Source: Squalus acanthias
Lineage: Eukaryota
DNA length: 64,000 bases
Assembly (NCBI GenBank): GCA_030390025.1
Contig: CM059425.1
Span: forward strand, 174,222,001-174,286,000
Direction: 5' to 3'
Position 1 is the stretch's first letter, and every line of letters begins with the position of its first letter. Shown piece after piece: positions 1-12,427 of this stretch. The position numbers were made by a program, and so were the translations under genes. Below the pieces are notes generated by a model, which was given only the letters and a program-made list of their open reading frames with translations, had not been told where the DNA came from and ran no database searches.

Positions 1-1830
1 AACAACGTTTCAAACCTAATGTAAGAATATCAAAAAAGTGATTACAAAAAAATGAAAACAACTCATGATTTACCCAACAATAAGGGATGTTGCTCTGTGG
101 TTTCAAGTAAAGGGCTCCAAGTAGTGCATTAAGCATTTTTCACTTCATTTTGTGATTCATTTTGGTGATACTTTCACCAAAGCATTTCTAGCCAAAACAG
201 TCCTTTACAACAGAAAAGAGGCCAATAAATAACAACATGCCATTTAAGCTGGTAGTTGGAGCAAGCATTAGGCTACAAAAAAAAATCTCATGCTTGACCT
301 CTGGCACCCAGTACAATGCCTTCAAGTATTTCTATACTTCTAGAAACAACAAAGGTCAAATTCATCAAACACCCCTCCTCATAGTTACCTTGGCGACACC
401 CTGTTATGCCACTTAATATAAAAAAGAAATCAAGTCTTCTCATATTGTGTAGCCAAAACTTATGGAATGCATCATGAATGGAATTAACTTAATAGACCCA
501 AAATTGAGTAATAGTGTACAAAAGTGTATTATAACACTCAAAGTTCGATTAAGGAATACCACATCACACCCACTTAGCTAAAAAGTGAGAGCCTCCTGAA
601 CTAGTTGTGAAGGACTTTCCACAAAGGTTTTGCTACAAATGCAGTTGGTGGTAAGGGCATTTGCCTAAAAAACTGGAGTGGTGCCAACACAGCACATGGA
701 AAAGATCATGCATCTGCAAAAGAATTACATAACAGCAACTTTCTGTTTAAGTAAAACATCAGCTGAGTTATCTTTTTTACACTGAGAAAATGAAGCATGC
801 AACACTTATCTCAGTACAGTAGTTATTCTTGAGAAGAAAAAAGGTACATTACTGTTCCATAAGGATTCATTCCAGAATATAGCGACAGCAGCCCAGCCAG
901 TTAGCTGCAGCAAACTTCACTGACGTAATTCTAAAATTTACTCCAGGCCTGGATGATATCAGGGGAGCACTGAGGAAGTAAAAATATGCAGAGTGTTGGC
1001 ATTTTGTTAGATGGAGTACAGGGAGAGCATAGTAAAGAGGAAGAGTGCAGCTGCAATGAAATCCATCCCATATGGAGAAGGATGTTACTTACAGCAGTAG
1101 AACTCCAGGACTATGATAATATCACTAGGTATAATATGTAGCCATTTCATCCCAACTGGTACTTCTAAGTTTAAAGGTGGTTTTACAGCACGACTGAAAA
1201 GGCAACAGTGCATTTACTCCTTTATTACTGTTGTTGTACAATTTAGGTGTGCCCAGTTTTCATGGAGAGGAAAGATCAATTTTTAAAAACTAATGTCAAC
1301 ATCATGCATAGCTGGATTTAAAGATTTGCATTCAAAGCTATACCAAATATCGACAAAAATGGAAAGCTAGATTTCCAGAAGTCTGGGCATCACAATCTTA
1401 CACACAGCCCTGACATCCAAGCCAGAAAACAACAAGAACAATGTGCACTTATATTGCATCTTTAACATAAATAATTGGGCAAAAGGGGGATGCACAAGTG
1501 GTCGAACTCAAAGAAAAGAAGAAATTTGGGGAGAGGAGGAGAAGTTGTCAGGCTGGATAGGGTGGGACAAGGTTATGGAGGTTACATAGAATGTACAGCA
1601 CAGAAACAGGCCATTCGGCCCAACTGGTCTATGCCAGCATTTATGCTCCACACAAGCCTCCTCCCACCCCTCTTCATCTAACCCTATCAATATGTCCTTC
1701 TATTCCCTTCTCCCTCATAAGCTTATCTAGCCTCCCCTTAAATGCATCTATGCTATTTGCCTCAACTACTCCATGTGGTAGAGAGTTCCACATTCTTACC
1801 GCTCTCTGGGTAAAGAAGTTTCTCCTGAAT

Positions 1831-4186
1831 TTTTTTAAATTCATTCATGGGATGTGGTCGTCACTGGCAATGCCAGCATTTATTGCCCATCCCTCGTTGC
1901 CCTTAAGGTGGTGGTGGTGAGCTGCCTTCTTGAACCGCTGCAGTTCGTGAGGTGAAGGTACTCCAACAGTGCTGTTAGGGAGGGAGTTCCAGGATTTTGA
2001 CCCAGCGACGATGAAGGAATGGCGATATATTTCCAAGTCAGGATGCTGTGTGACTTGGAAGTGATCTTGCAGGTGGTGGTGTTCCCAAGCACCTGTTGCC
2101 CTTGTCCTTCTACGTGCTAGAGGTCATGGGTTTGGGAAGTGCTGTCGAAGAAGCTTTGGCGAGTTGCTGCAGTGCATCTTGTAGATGGTACACATTGCAG
2201 CCACGGTACACCAGTGGAGGAGGGAGTGAATGTTTAAGGTGGTGGACGGGGTGCCAATTAAGTGGGCTGCTTTGTCCTGGATGGTGTCGAGCTTCTTGAG
2301 TGTTGTTGGAGCTGCACTCATCCAGGCAAGTGGAGAGTATTCCATCACACTCCTGACTTGTGCCTTATAGATGGTGGAAAGGCTTTGAAGGTGTGTCAAT
2401 CGCCACAGAATATCCAGCTCTTTAAGCCATAGTATTTATTTGGATGGTCCAGTTAAGTTTCTGGTCAGTGGTGACCCCCCCCAGGATGTTGATGTTGGGG
2501 GATTTAGCAATGGTAATCCCGTTGCATGTCAAGGGGAGGTGGCGCGACTCTCTCTTGTTGGAGATGGTCAAGAAGGTAAGAGCCCATGGGATCCAGGGCA
2601 ATTTGGCACATTGGATCCAAAATTGGCTTAGTGGCAGGAGGCAGAGGGTGATGGTCGAGGGTTGTTTTTGTGACTGGAAGCCTGTGTCCAGTGGTGTACC
2701 GCAGGGATCGGTGCTGGGTCCTTTGCTGTTTGTAGTGTACATTAATGATTTAGATATGAATGTAGGAGGTATGATCAGTAAGTTTGCAGATGACATGAAA
2801 ATTGGTGGAGTGGTAAATAGCAAGGAGGGAAGCCTCAGGCTACAAGACGATATAGACGGGATGGTTAGATGGGCAGAACAGTGGCAAATGGAATTTAACC
2901 CTGAAAAGTGTGAGGTGATGCATTTTGGGAGGACTAACAAGGCAAGGGAATACACAATGAATGGTAGGATCCTAGGAAGGACAGAGGATCAGAGGGACCT
3001 TGGTGTGCATGTACATAGATCCCTGAAGGCAGCAGGACAGGTAGATAAGGTGGTTAAAAAGGCATATGGGATACTTGCCTTCATTAGCCGAGGCATGGAA
3101 TACAAGAGCGGGGAGGTTATGATGGAGCTGTACAAAACGCTAGTTAGGCCACAGCTGGAATACTGTGTGCAGTTCTGGTCACCACACTATAGGAAGGATG
3201 TGATTGCATTGGAGAGGGTGCAGAGGAGATTCACCTGGGCTGGAGCGTTTCAGCTATGAAGAGAGACTGGACAGGCTGGAGTTGTTTTCCTTAGAGCAGA
3301 GAAGGCTGAGGGGGGACCTGATTGAGGTGTACAAAATTATGAGGGGCATAGATAGGGTAGATAGAAAGGAACTTTTCCCCTTAGTAGAGGGGTCAATAAC
3401 CAGGGGGCATAGTTTCAAGGTAAGGGGCAGGAGGTTTAGAGGGATTTGAGGAAAAACTTTTTCACCCTTGGGTGGTTGGAATCTGGAACTCACTGCCTGA
3501 AAGGGTGGTACAGGCAGGAAACCTCACAACATTCAAGAAGCATTTAGATGAGCACTTGAAACGCCATAGCATACAAGGCTACAGACCAAGTGCTGGAAAA
3601 TGGGATTGGAATAGACAGGGCTTGATGGCCGGCGTGGACACGATGGGCCGAAGGGCCTCTTTCTGTGCTGTATAACTCTATGACTCTATGGTCATTGCCT
3701 GGCATTTGTGTGTCGCAAGTGTTACTTGCCACTTATCAGCGCAAGCCTGAATGTTGACCAGGTCTTGTAACATGCGGGCACGGACTGCTTCATTATCTGA
3801 GGAGTTGCGAATGGAACTGAACACTGTGCAATCATCAGCAAACATCCCCACTTCTGACCTTATGATGGAGGGAAGGTCATTGATGAAGCAGATGAAGATG
3901 GTTGTGCCTAGACCACTGCCCTGAGTAACTCGTACAGCGATGTCCTGGGGCTGAAATGACTGGCCTCCAACAACCACAACCATCTTCCTTTGTGTTAGGT
4001 ATGACTCCAGCCTGAGGAGTATCCCATATGCCTTTTTAACCACCTTATCTACCTGTCCTGCTGCCTTCAGGGATCTATGTACATGCACACCAAGGTCCCC
4101 CTGATTCCCATTGACTTCAATTTTACTCAGGGTCTTTGATGCCACACTCAGTCAAATGCTGCATTGATGTCAAGGGCAGTCACTCT
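1831..4186 (-). mobile_element. CR1/L2-group LINE RT fragments of a distinct family (possibly HER1-like), internally deleted and interrupted
   Basis: Minus-strand ORFs with FADDCTVF and MEYSPLAWMSAAPTTLKKLDTIQDKAA; A-rich 3' tail at ~1831-1840. The family name is from recall only. Confidence 0.75.
2571..3687 (+). mobile_element. 5'-truncated CR1 LINE (RT C-terminal half and 3'UTR)
   Basis: [10 protein letters not shown] and KFADD motifs; (ACTCTATG)n tail; 7-bp TSD ATGGTCA at 2564-2570 and 3688-3694. Confidence 0.92.
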
Positions 4187-4353
4187 CCTAGGATTTATTA
4201 ATGACTATCTCATATTTATGGACCCTAGTTTTGATCTTCCCCACAAGTGGAAATATCTTCTCTATGTTTACCCTATCAATCCCTTTCATAATCTTAAAGA
4301 CCTCTATTAGGTCACCCCTCAGCCTTCTCTTTTCTAGAGAAAAGAACCTCATT

Positions 4354-6750
4354 AGTGTTTTTTAAAATCTTCCAAACACAAGGACGAGAATTTTAAATTT
4401 GAGGTTCTGGGGATACGGGAGTCAATGTTGGTCATTGACAGGTATGATAGGTGGGTGGGATTTGGTACCAAATAGGACATGGGCAGCAGAGTTTTGAATG
4501 AGCTGAAGTTTGCGGAGGGTGGTGTATGGGAGGCCGGCCAAGAAAGCATTTAAGTAGTTGAGTCTGGAGGTGACAAAGGAACGTACAAGGGTTTTAGTGG
4601 CAGATGGGCAGAAGTTGGCAATGTTATGGAAGTAGGCAGTCCTTGTGATGGAGAAGATATGGGCCCCGATATTTACAGGGAGGGTGCGAATGAGGCCGAA
4701 AACGGCCGAAGAACCCAGCAAGGCCAGGGACGTGGCAGTTCTGCCGAAATTAATGGCAGAACCTCATTATCTTTATACCTTCCGTTTCCTGCCCGGCAGC
4801 CGGCCAAGTTGACAGCGGCGGGAAAACCAGCTGTAGGAGGCTGCAGCCGGGGACACTCCACGGCATTTGGGAGGTGGGGGGAGTTGGCGTTTGGGGCTTT
4901 GGGGATGTTGGCTGCAATCACAGCATAGAGAGGTCAGCGATCAGGGCTTGGGGGTGGGATTGGCTGGAGGGAGAGAGAGGCCATTCGGGGTTGTGAGTGG
5001 GGGCAGAGGTTGGCAAATGCAGTGGGGGGGTGGGGGCGGGGGGGAGCGAGGAAGAGAGAGGCTGCGATTGGCAGAGGGGAGGCCAAATGCTCCTCCTGGC
5101 CCACAAAGAGTGCTGAAAAAGGCACTTACCTTGTGGAGCCAGCAGCCCCCGCTTCTCTTTCAATGCTGGGTTTCCCGACCCCTTGGAAATTCAAGCGGCA
5201 TCTGTAAAATTTAAATCAGCCTCCCAATTGCACTGTGGGAGCCCGACTTCAATATGTCAATGAGGTATCCCGCCTCTCCATGGAACGTGACGGCATAAAA
5301 ACGTAGGCGGTGGTTTGGGGTTGCATTCCCTGTTTTTTCATTTTAACCGCCCTCCACTGAACCTTTCTCACCCGTCGTGGGGGCGTGGGGGCAGCGTGTG
5401 TGTTAATATCGAGGCCATGGAGTCAGAAACTTAACTCGGGGTCAAACAGTGTGCCAAGTTTGCAAACAGTATGGTTCAGCCCGAGACAGTGGTCAAGGTA
5501 GGGAATGGAGCAGCTGGTGAGGTGCGAAGTTTGTGATAAGGACCAAAAACAATGGCTTTGGTCTTAGCAATGTTTAACTGGAGAAAATTATACCTCATAC
5601 AAGAATGGTTGTCGGACAAGCAGTCTGATAGTGCAGAGGCAGTGGAGAGGTTCAGAGAGATGCTGAAGAGGTAGAGCTGGGTGTCAGTAGCTTACATGTC
5701 AAAGCTGACCCCATGTCGCAGAGGATATCAGCAAGTGGCAACATGTAGATGAGGAAGGTAGGGGCAAGAATGGATTCTTGGAAGTGACAGTGCAGGGGTT
5801 ATGAAGGGAAACCATTACTAGAGATGCTCTGGCTACAATCAGATAAGCAAGCGAGGAACCAAGTGAGGGCAGTGCCGCCATGCTGGACAACAGATAAAAA
5901 GCAATGTAGGGGGATGGTGTGTCAACCAGGTTGAATGCTGCAGAGAGGTAGAGGGGGACAAAGAGGCAGAATGCACCATGGATATAACAGACAATGCGCA
6001 TTTGTGACTTTGGTCAGGGCTATTTCAATGCTGTGGAAAGGGGAGTTAGAGGGAGAGGTGGGCATGGATCTGGATTGCGATAACTGGCTTAAAGACCTCG
6101 GAGAGGAAATGGGGCAGTAGTTGGTGCGGACAGAGTGGTTGAGGGTGGGTTTTTTTGAGGAGTGGGGTATGCTGGCAGTTTTGAATAGGAGGGGGATAGT
6201 GCCTGAGGAGAAAGAACTATTTACAATATCAGCTAACATGGGGGCCAAGAGGAAAGTTGGGTGGTCAGCAGTCTAATGGGGATGGGTTGAGGAAGTAGGT
6301 GGTCAGCTTCATGTACAAGATGAGCTTGGTAAGGGCATGTGGGGAGATGGGGGAAAAACTAGAGAGAGGGGTTCATGGCTAGGGTAGGGGGAGGTTTTGG
6401 CTTGATGTGCAAGTGGAAAGTGGGGAAGCAGCAGAATGGATGAACTCTATCTTGGTAACAAAGAAGTCCATGAGCTCCTTGCACTTATTAATAGCAATGA
6501 GGGTTCTGGGGGCAGGATAGAGGAGTTTAATGAGGTAGTTGGTAGTGGAACAAAGGAACTTGGGGTTATCTTTACCCTCGAGGATATTCCTGGAGTCAAG
6601 GTAGTTTTGGCAGAAGAGAGAGAGGCCCAGTGGAACTTTATGTGCTTGAGCTAGATCTGATGATTGATGGGGCCAGGTATGCTCAAGTTCGCGCCTCTTG
6701 GACTTGAGGGAGCAAAGATGGAGGCCGTTACAGGGGAACAACTAGGATAC
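4354..6750 (-). mobile_element. Decayed L2 LINE (RT region)
   Basis: L2-typical peptides LVRSFVTSRLNY, LQLIQNSAAHVL, LSAAFNLVD, MLADIVNSSFSSG; many stops and frameshifts. Confidence 0.8.
4662..5416. mobile_element. Non-autonomous TIR element (Harbinger-type MITE) inserted in L2
   Basis: TIRs GGCCCCGATATT / AATATCGAGGCC; 3-bp TSD ATG (4659-4661, 5417-5419); L2-like sequence on both sides. Confidence 0.85.
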
Positions 6751-7544
6751 AAAATGATAAAGGCTTTACTCATAACAAAGACATTGAAGATGGAGGTGAG
6801 GGAATAGAGCAAATCAACACTAGTTCTAATCCTAGCCTCAACTGACATTCATACAAATGGTGGTCACTATATACTTATTGCTATTTCTCAGTTTTGCTAA
6901 ATGAAGCACCTTGGAACAGAAGAGCACTCACATCTCTGGAAAAAGAAACTCCTCTCCTGTAAATGTACACCTTTCATTTCTTAATCAGAGAACATTTTTG
7001 GTGGTGCTTCAGACTTCCCTACTCCTGTTAGATAAGCAAGTATGGTTCCAAGAAGAAGCGAGGGCATTAAAGAAGCAGTTTTTAAAAATTGTATTATCAA
7101 CAGACTCACAGCCTAATTTATTATACTTCGATTCGATCATGTATCAGAATGGCTTTCATAAAGATAAGTCAAAGGGGCCAAAATTTCTGTGGCAGGAGAG
7201 GGAAGAACCTGAGCAAATCACCTACATGGTGCCAAGAATTTGGGATAGCAGGGTTTCCATTCCATGTTAAAAAGTGTCCCAAATTCCAGTGAGGGGTAGG
7301 GGAGCTGGCAAGGTTTCTGCGGGCGCTTACCCAAGTCCACTGTCAGCTTTGGGGATATGTCTGAGGGTCTTGGCCTGCCCCAGGAATTCTGGCCAGCACA
7401 ACCTTGTTAGGCCCAGCAGAATCCACAACTGCTTTGAGCAGGCATGGTTTGTGTTGTAGGCCTTGTAAAGACCCCAGAAGTGGATAAACGCAAAGCTATA
7501 TTGATTCTAGAGGTAACTGATTACCTTCTGAATGGAGACATTTT

Positions 7545-7720
7545 GGCCCTGATATTTACGGGAAGGCAGGGAGGGAGCACGGTTGCCGGCCGGGGGGGGG
7601 GGGGGGGGGGGGGTGGCGATGGTGCGTCGGAGAAAAGAGAGTGAATCTGGAAATCCCGCAAACACGGAGGTCTTGCCGAATTTAACGGCAGGAACTCGTT
7701 ATCATTTCCCGCCTGATTGA
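7545..7720 (+). mobile_element. Truncated left end of the same MITE family as 4662-5416, with a 22-nt poly-G
   Basis: Starts GGCCCTGATATTTAC and shares tgccgaa.ttaa.ggcag..ctc.ttatc with ~4740-4770. Confidence 0.65.
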
Positions 7721-8471
7721 CCACAAATATATTGAATACCTTATTATGGTGCATACTGCATGCCACCTCCCAGTCTGTCCAAGTTTCAGAATATTATTTC
7801 TACAGTAGCCTTTGTGGATATACATGTCTCATTCTACCAACACTCTACTCCATTTAGTGCATTATAAGTTGGCGCCGTGATCAAGGATATTGGGACATAC
7901 CTGTGGTCACATAGGAGCCAGCCAAAATGACAGATAGCAGTGTGCATCGGCTGAAAAGTTATTTTAGGTTGATTCCAATAAATTGGCAATTGCACACTAT
8001 TATATTTTGGGCATTACATTCAATTTCCATGTGCATCCAATGATGGTCTTTAGGTAATTTAAATCTGGCATGGCGTTGCACAATGCTGCACAAATTTTCA
8101 TGTGTACACCCAGAGACCATGGAAACCCTGCTGCTTGGTTATTTGCTGTTCCATTTTTTTAATGCATTTAGACAAGTAGATAAAGTGTGTCTGTGACTTC
8201 CTGGATGCAATTGGACATCATGTGCTAAGGAGTAGCAGTCTCATTATTTCTTGGTGCCTAGAAGGAACCTGCAGCATAGAAATTCATGTTACCTTCTCAG
8301 CTGTAAGTAATGCAGTGACTATCAAAAGGTGGGGATCCTGGGTTAGCAGTTAATAGATAACAAGTATGATTAAACACATCTCTGCTTAAGCCAGCGATAG
8401 AAGGCTGCAGCTGGGGACCGTTGGGGACAGTCTCTGGCAATCAGGAAAAATCAGGGCATGGTGGGGGGTCA

Positions 8472-8854
8472 GAGCACGGCAATCAGGAGGGAGGGGGGCA
8501 AAGATTGGGGCTTGGTGGGGCGGGTTGGAGCACGGCAATCAGGAGGGAGGGGGGCAAAGATTGGGGCTTGGTGGGGCGGGTTGGAGCACGGCAATCAGGA
8601 GGGAGGGGGGCAAAGATTGGGGCTTGGTGGGGCGGGTTGGAGCACGGCAATCGGGAGGGAGGGGGGCAAAGATTGGGGCTTGGTGGGGCGGGTTGGAGCA
8701 CGGCAATCAGGAGGGAGGGGGGCAAAGATTGGGGCTTGGTGGGGCGGGTTGGAGCACGGCAATCGGGAGGGAGGGGGGCAAAGATTGGGGCTTGGTGGGG
8801 CGGGTTGGAGCACGGCAATCAGGAGGGAGGGGGGCAAAGATTGGGGCTTGGTGG
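8472..8854. repeat. 56-bp G-rich minisatellite, ~6.8 copies
   Basis: Unit GAGCACGGCAATC(A/G)GGAGGGAGGGGGGCAAAGATTGGGGCTTGGTGGGGCGGGTTG at 8472, 8528, 8584, 8640, 8696, 8752, 8808. Confidence 0.97.
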
Positions 8855-10365
8855 TGGTGGGGGTGAGTGATCGCGGCAGCGAGGAGAGGCCGTGATTGGC
8901 AAAGGATTTGCTCAAGGGGCTGGGTGGAGCACTCCTGCTCTCTCGCCATAAATTCAGTGGGAAACCAGCAGAATCTTCAGGGAACAGCACAAGCTGCTAT
9001 TACCCTGGGGGTTCTGCTGGTCTCCCACCCAAGTTGTAGCGGGTCACCGGGAGAACCCCCGCAGAATGACAGGGCCAATATTTTTCCATAACCTTAATAA
9101 CAATGCAGTCATTCTGTATGGAGTACTTCAGTTTTTATTGCTCCTTTAATATCTCACACAAAAAACAGGCAACAAGAAGCCCCCTGCCTTTTATTTGTTA
9201 GGAACATTGGGAGCTTGCTACAGATGGCCTAGGGTTTATTAACCATTTCACATTCTTTTTATATTTGGGAATTTGTAACATATGGATGTGTTGCTACTAC
9301 TCTACCAATGTGCTTAACAGTATGAATATAAATCAGTTCCCGGCTTTATAATGCCAGCTTTTTCCACTAACATCAATGAACAAAGAATTTCACCGTCATG
9401 ATTTCTTTTCTGTTAAGTCCATCTGGTTCAAATATACAGTTTTGCAAATAGTGAATCCAGTTCACCAACTGTATTAAACAATATGGTCTACTGCTTCATG
9501 TCTGCAAGTTAAAGCTTTGTCAAACACTGTGGTTTTAAAGCAGTAGTCCAATGTAAACTTTGTCTGCTAGTTTTTACATTAAAATGTGGAATTAATCAGT
9601 GCCTGAATAGATGCTTTACTTTATTCAAATTCTGCCATTTAGCAGCTTGCCGTCTCGGGACATGTACAGAATTAACAAATTTGAAAGTGATTGTCTACTG
9701 TGCATTGCTTTAAGGTTAAGAAAAATCAAAAATCTTGAGTTGCATTAAAAAAAGCCTTCTCCCATTTCTGAAAAAATTCAAAGCTTCCTCACATACTTAT
9801 TAACAAGATAATCCTGAACCTATAAAATATACTATTTTTGCAGTGCAAATTTAATCATATAAAAGAATGTTGTGCAAGACATTATACTGTATCATATTTA
9901 GCCCACCCTCATTCCTGTGGAGGGCATAAAGAATGTACATTTTTTTGCACAGCACTCCTTTCAAAGGGCGGTCTGTCAGTCTCTGAGGTCATCCAAGGAC
10001 AAGTACAAGAACAGACGTGAATCTATCCAATACATCTAAGCACCATGGGTAATGGATTCAGGCTGCAGGTGGTAGGGAACATTCAGATGCAGCTCCTCAA
10101 TCTGGCTTAGTGCCAAGATGGTAGGCCTGCCAGAGGTTCAGGTGCATTTCTCTGTTTGTTCTTTTAGAAAATAGTATGCTTTTTTGAATTTAGCTAAATT
10201 GCTGTTTATTTGTTACATACCATTAGCAATTAGTCACTTTATTATATGGTTCTTCCTTCAAGGGAGTATATTCACAGTAGACAATTGTCTAGGTATTCAT
10301 AATCAAGTATTCTGTTCAGGTGCAGGTGCGCTACTATCAGACACATATAGCTGAGGAAAACTGAA

Positions 10366-11000
10366 TGGACTATAAATTCAGCTGCACAGCACCCGTTTTT
10401 CTGAGGTTAACTGGCGTACTAAGCCCCCAATATGACAGCTGGGAGACGCGCGCAGATTTCCGGCTGGAAGTGTGCCCCATGACATAATGGGAAAAAAATT
10501 GTCTTGCAGTGCCCCCGCCTGAAACAGGCGTTAGGCCTCTTGCATATGCAAATAAGGAGTCTAACGGCGGAGGCCCCCACTACAAAATTGGTTTGTCTGA
10601 GACAGCAAGCTGCACTAAGGAAAACCATGCCATAGGACCGCCTGTTGCCAACAAGGTAAGTTTTTGAAATATACTTACCTGAATGTGGAGTCAGGAGGAG
10701 CAAGAGTGCTCTGACCCCACATTTAAAGAACGCGGGCCGCCACCCCGATCACCAATGCTCCCCCTGACACGGTTTCCGATCTCCCTCCCGACCCAGTCTC
10801 CGATCCCCCTTCCTGGCCTCTGATCTCTCGACCTGGCCTCCGATTCCCCCTACTGGCCTCCAATCTCCCTCTCCACACCACTCCCTCACCCCCCCAAGCT
10901 AGCAGCAGCCCGATCTTGGTTGACTCTTTGCCGGCTGGCTGTTCACGCCACACCGGCTCCATTGAAAGGAGACCCAAGGCCTAATATTTGGGGTGCCTCG
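10366..11000. mobile_element. GC-rich MITE-like remnant, right end lost
   Basis: Starts GGACTATAAATTC, resembling the TIR core of other elements here; abrupt GC-rich block ending at a CR1 fragment. Confidence 0.5.
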
Positions 11001-11004
11001 GGAG

Positions 11005-11487
11005 AATGTAACTAGCAGGGTAGGGTAGATAAAGGGGAACCAGTGGATGTAGTATATTTGGATTTCCAAAAGGCATTCGATAAGGTGCCACATAAAAGGT
11101 TGCTACGCAAGATTAGGGCTCATGGGGTTGGGGGTAATATATTAGCTAGGATAGAGGATTGGTTAACGGACAGAAAATGGAGAGTAGGGATAAACGGGTC
11201 ATTTTCAGGTTGGCAGGCTGTAACTAGTGGGGTGCCACAAGGATCATTGCTTGGGCCTCAGCTATTTACAATCTATATTAATGACTTAGATGAAGGGACC
11301 GAGTGCAATGTATCCAGGTTTGCTGACGATACAAAGCTAGGGTGGAAAGTAAGCTGTGAAGAGGACACAAAGAGCCTGCAAAGGGATATAGACAGGTTAA
11401 GTGAGTGGGCAATAAGGTGGCAGATGGAGTATAATGTGAGGAAATATGAGGTTATTCACCTTGGTAGGAAGAATAGAAAAAGAGAAT
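11005..11487 (+). mobile_element. CR1 RT fragment
   Basis: [16 protein letters not shown]...GVPQGSLLGP...RFADDTKL. Confidence 0.9.
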
Positions 11488-12135
11488 GGGGGAAAAATTG
11501 GGTCGCGTCCCCTTTGGGGAGTAGCACCCAGAAAATATTAGCGCCCCCGCACCCGAAATTCACTGGTAGCACCCCAAGAGGGAGGCGGGGCACTACTGGA
11601 TGCACCCCGCCTCCCTCTTGGGGCACTGCGAGTGAATATCATGGCGCTACATGCTGCAGCGCCACGCTCTGCGGCATGTCGCGCCGTGGTACTGCAGGCC
11701 TTCCTCCCATTAAAGGGGAGGGGCCTAGCGCAGCGCAACCCGGGGCCCAGCTGTGCCACCAGGGATCAGAGGCCCGGCAGAAGAGCCCAGCACTCAAGAG
11801 AAGTGCTGGGCTCACGGAGCACAGCCTGCACCCTGTGGGGGGGCTGCACAGAAGGCCAGGGGACAGCAACGGGGGCAGGTGCTGGCAGGCGGCCAGCAAC
11901 AAAAATGGCCGCCCGACACCGCCTCTTTACTTTGCGCCGCCCCGGCCGCAGGTAGGCCCCCCTGACCCTGTCGGACATAGCATCCGGTGGTAAGTCAGGG
12001 GGCGCTACCAAAGATTGCAGCCGGGGCACGAGCGGGGCGCTACACACGGCGATGACATCATCGCTGGCGGCGCAGCGCCGTGGGGCACTAACGGTTACCA
12101 CCGCCGCCGCTAACCTCCCGCTGAATTTCGCCCCC
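11488..12135. mobile_element. CpG-rich MITE with Harbinger-like termini
   Basis: Ends GGGGGAAAAATT... and ...AATTTCGCCCCC; truncates the CR1 ORF; no matching TSD seen. Confidence 0.65.
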
Positions 12136-12427
12136 GTTAGCGTCCTCTGGAGTTTAGAAGAATGAGAGGACTTCAGGAAAGCTCTGGCTGGAGGATTTCG
12201 TGAAGGTATGAACACCACCACCTCCTACCTACTGCAAGTTACTTAGGCATTTCCACTTTTAGCCTGACAGTAAACTCAAAGAAGATTTGCCTGGGATTGT
12301 GGCCAAAAAGTATCACCTGAGGGTCTAATGTAAAGAAACTTTTTTTTTGCCTTTTCCAATGTGCTTCCCTAATCCCTGAGATTCTGAGTTGTAGTTGACT
12401 GGACTACGATCTCTATCTTGAAGAAGA

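Larger units (their letters stand above)
1580..4350 (-). mobile_element. CR1 LINE 3' fragment, split (1580-1830 and ~4187-4350) by later insertions
   Basis: CR1 3'UTR stem-loop (acaggccattcggccc) and C-terminal ORF2 sequence similar to the copy at 15398-16230; the sequence resumes after the inserted LINE. Confidence 0.8.

Noticed and set aside
665..713. Possible minus-strand terminal exon (CMIFSMCCVGTTPVF*), vaguely tetraspanin-like
   Set aside because: Only a plausible acceptor and 15 codons; no supporting upstream exons recognised.
6911..7270. 119-aa ORF in non-LINE sequence
   Set aside because: Non-ATG start, no recognisable domain, and it runs into repeat-like sequence.
8421..8990. Gly/Pro-rich ORFs, or a CRISPR-like array
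   Set aside because: The ORFs are translations of the 56-bp tandem repeat; there are no unique spacers or cas genes, and the context is eukaryotic.
11043..11993. 316-aa RT fusion protein
   Set aside because: CR1 fragment reading through by chance into a GC-rich MITE at 11488.
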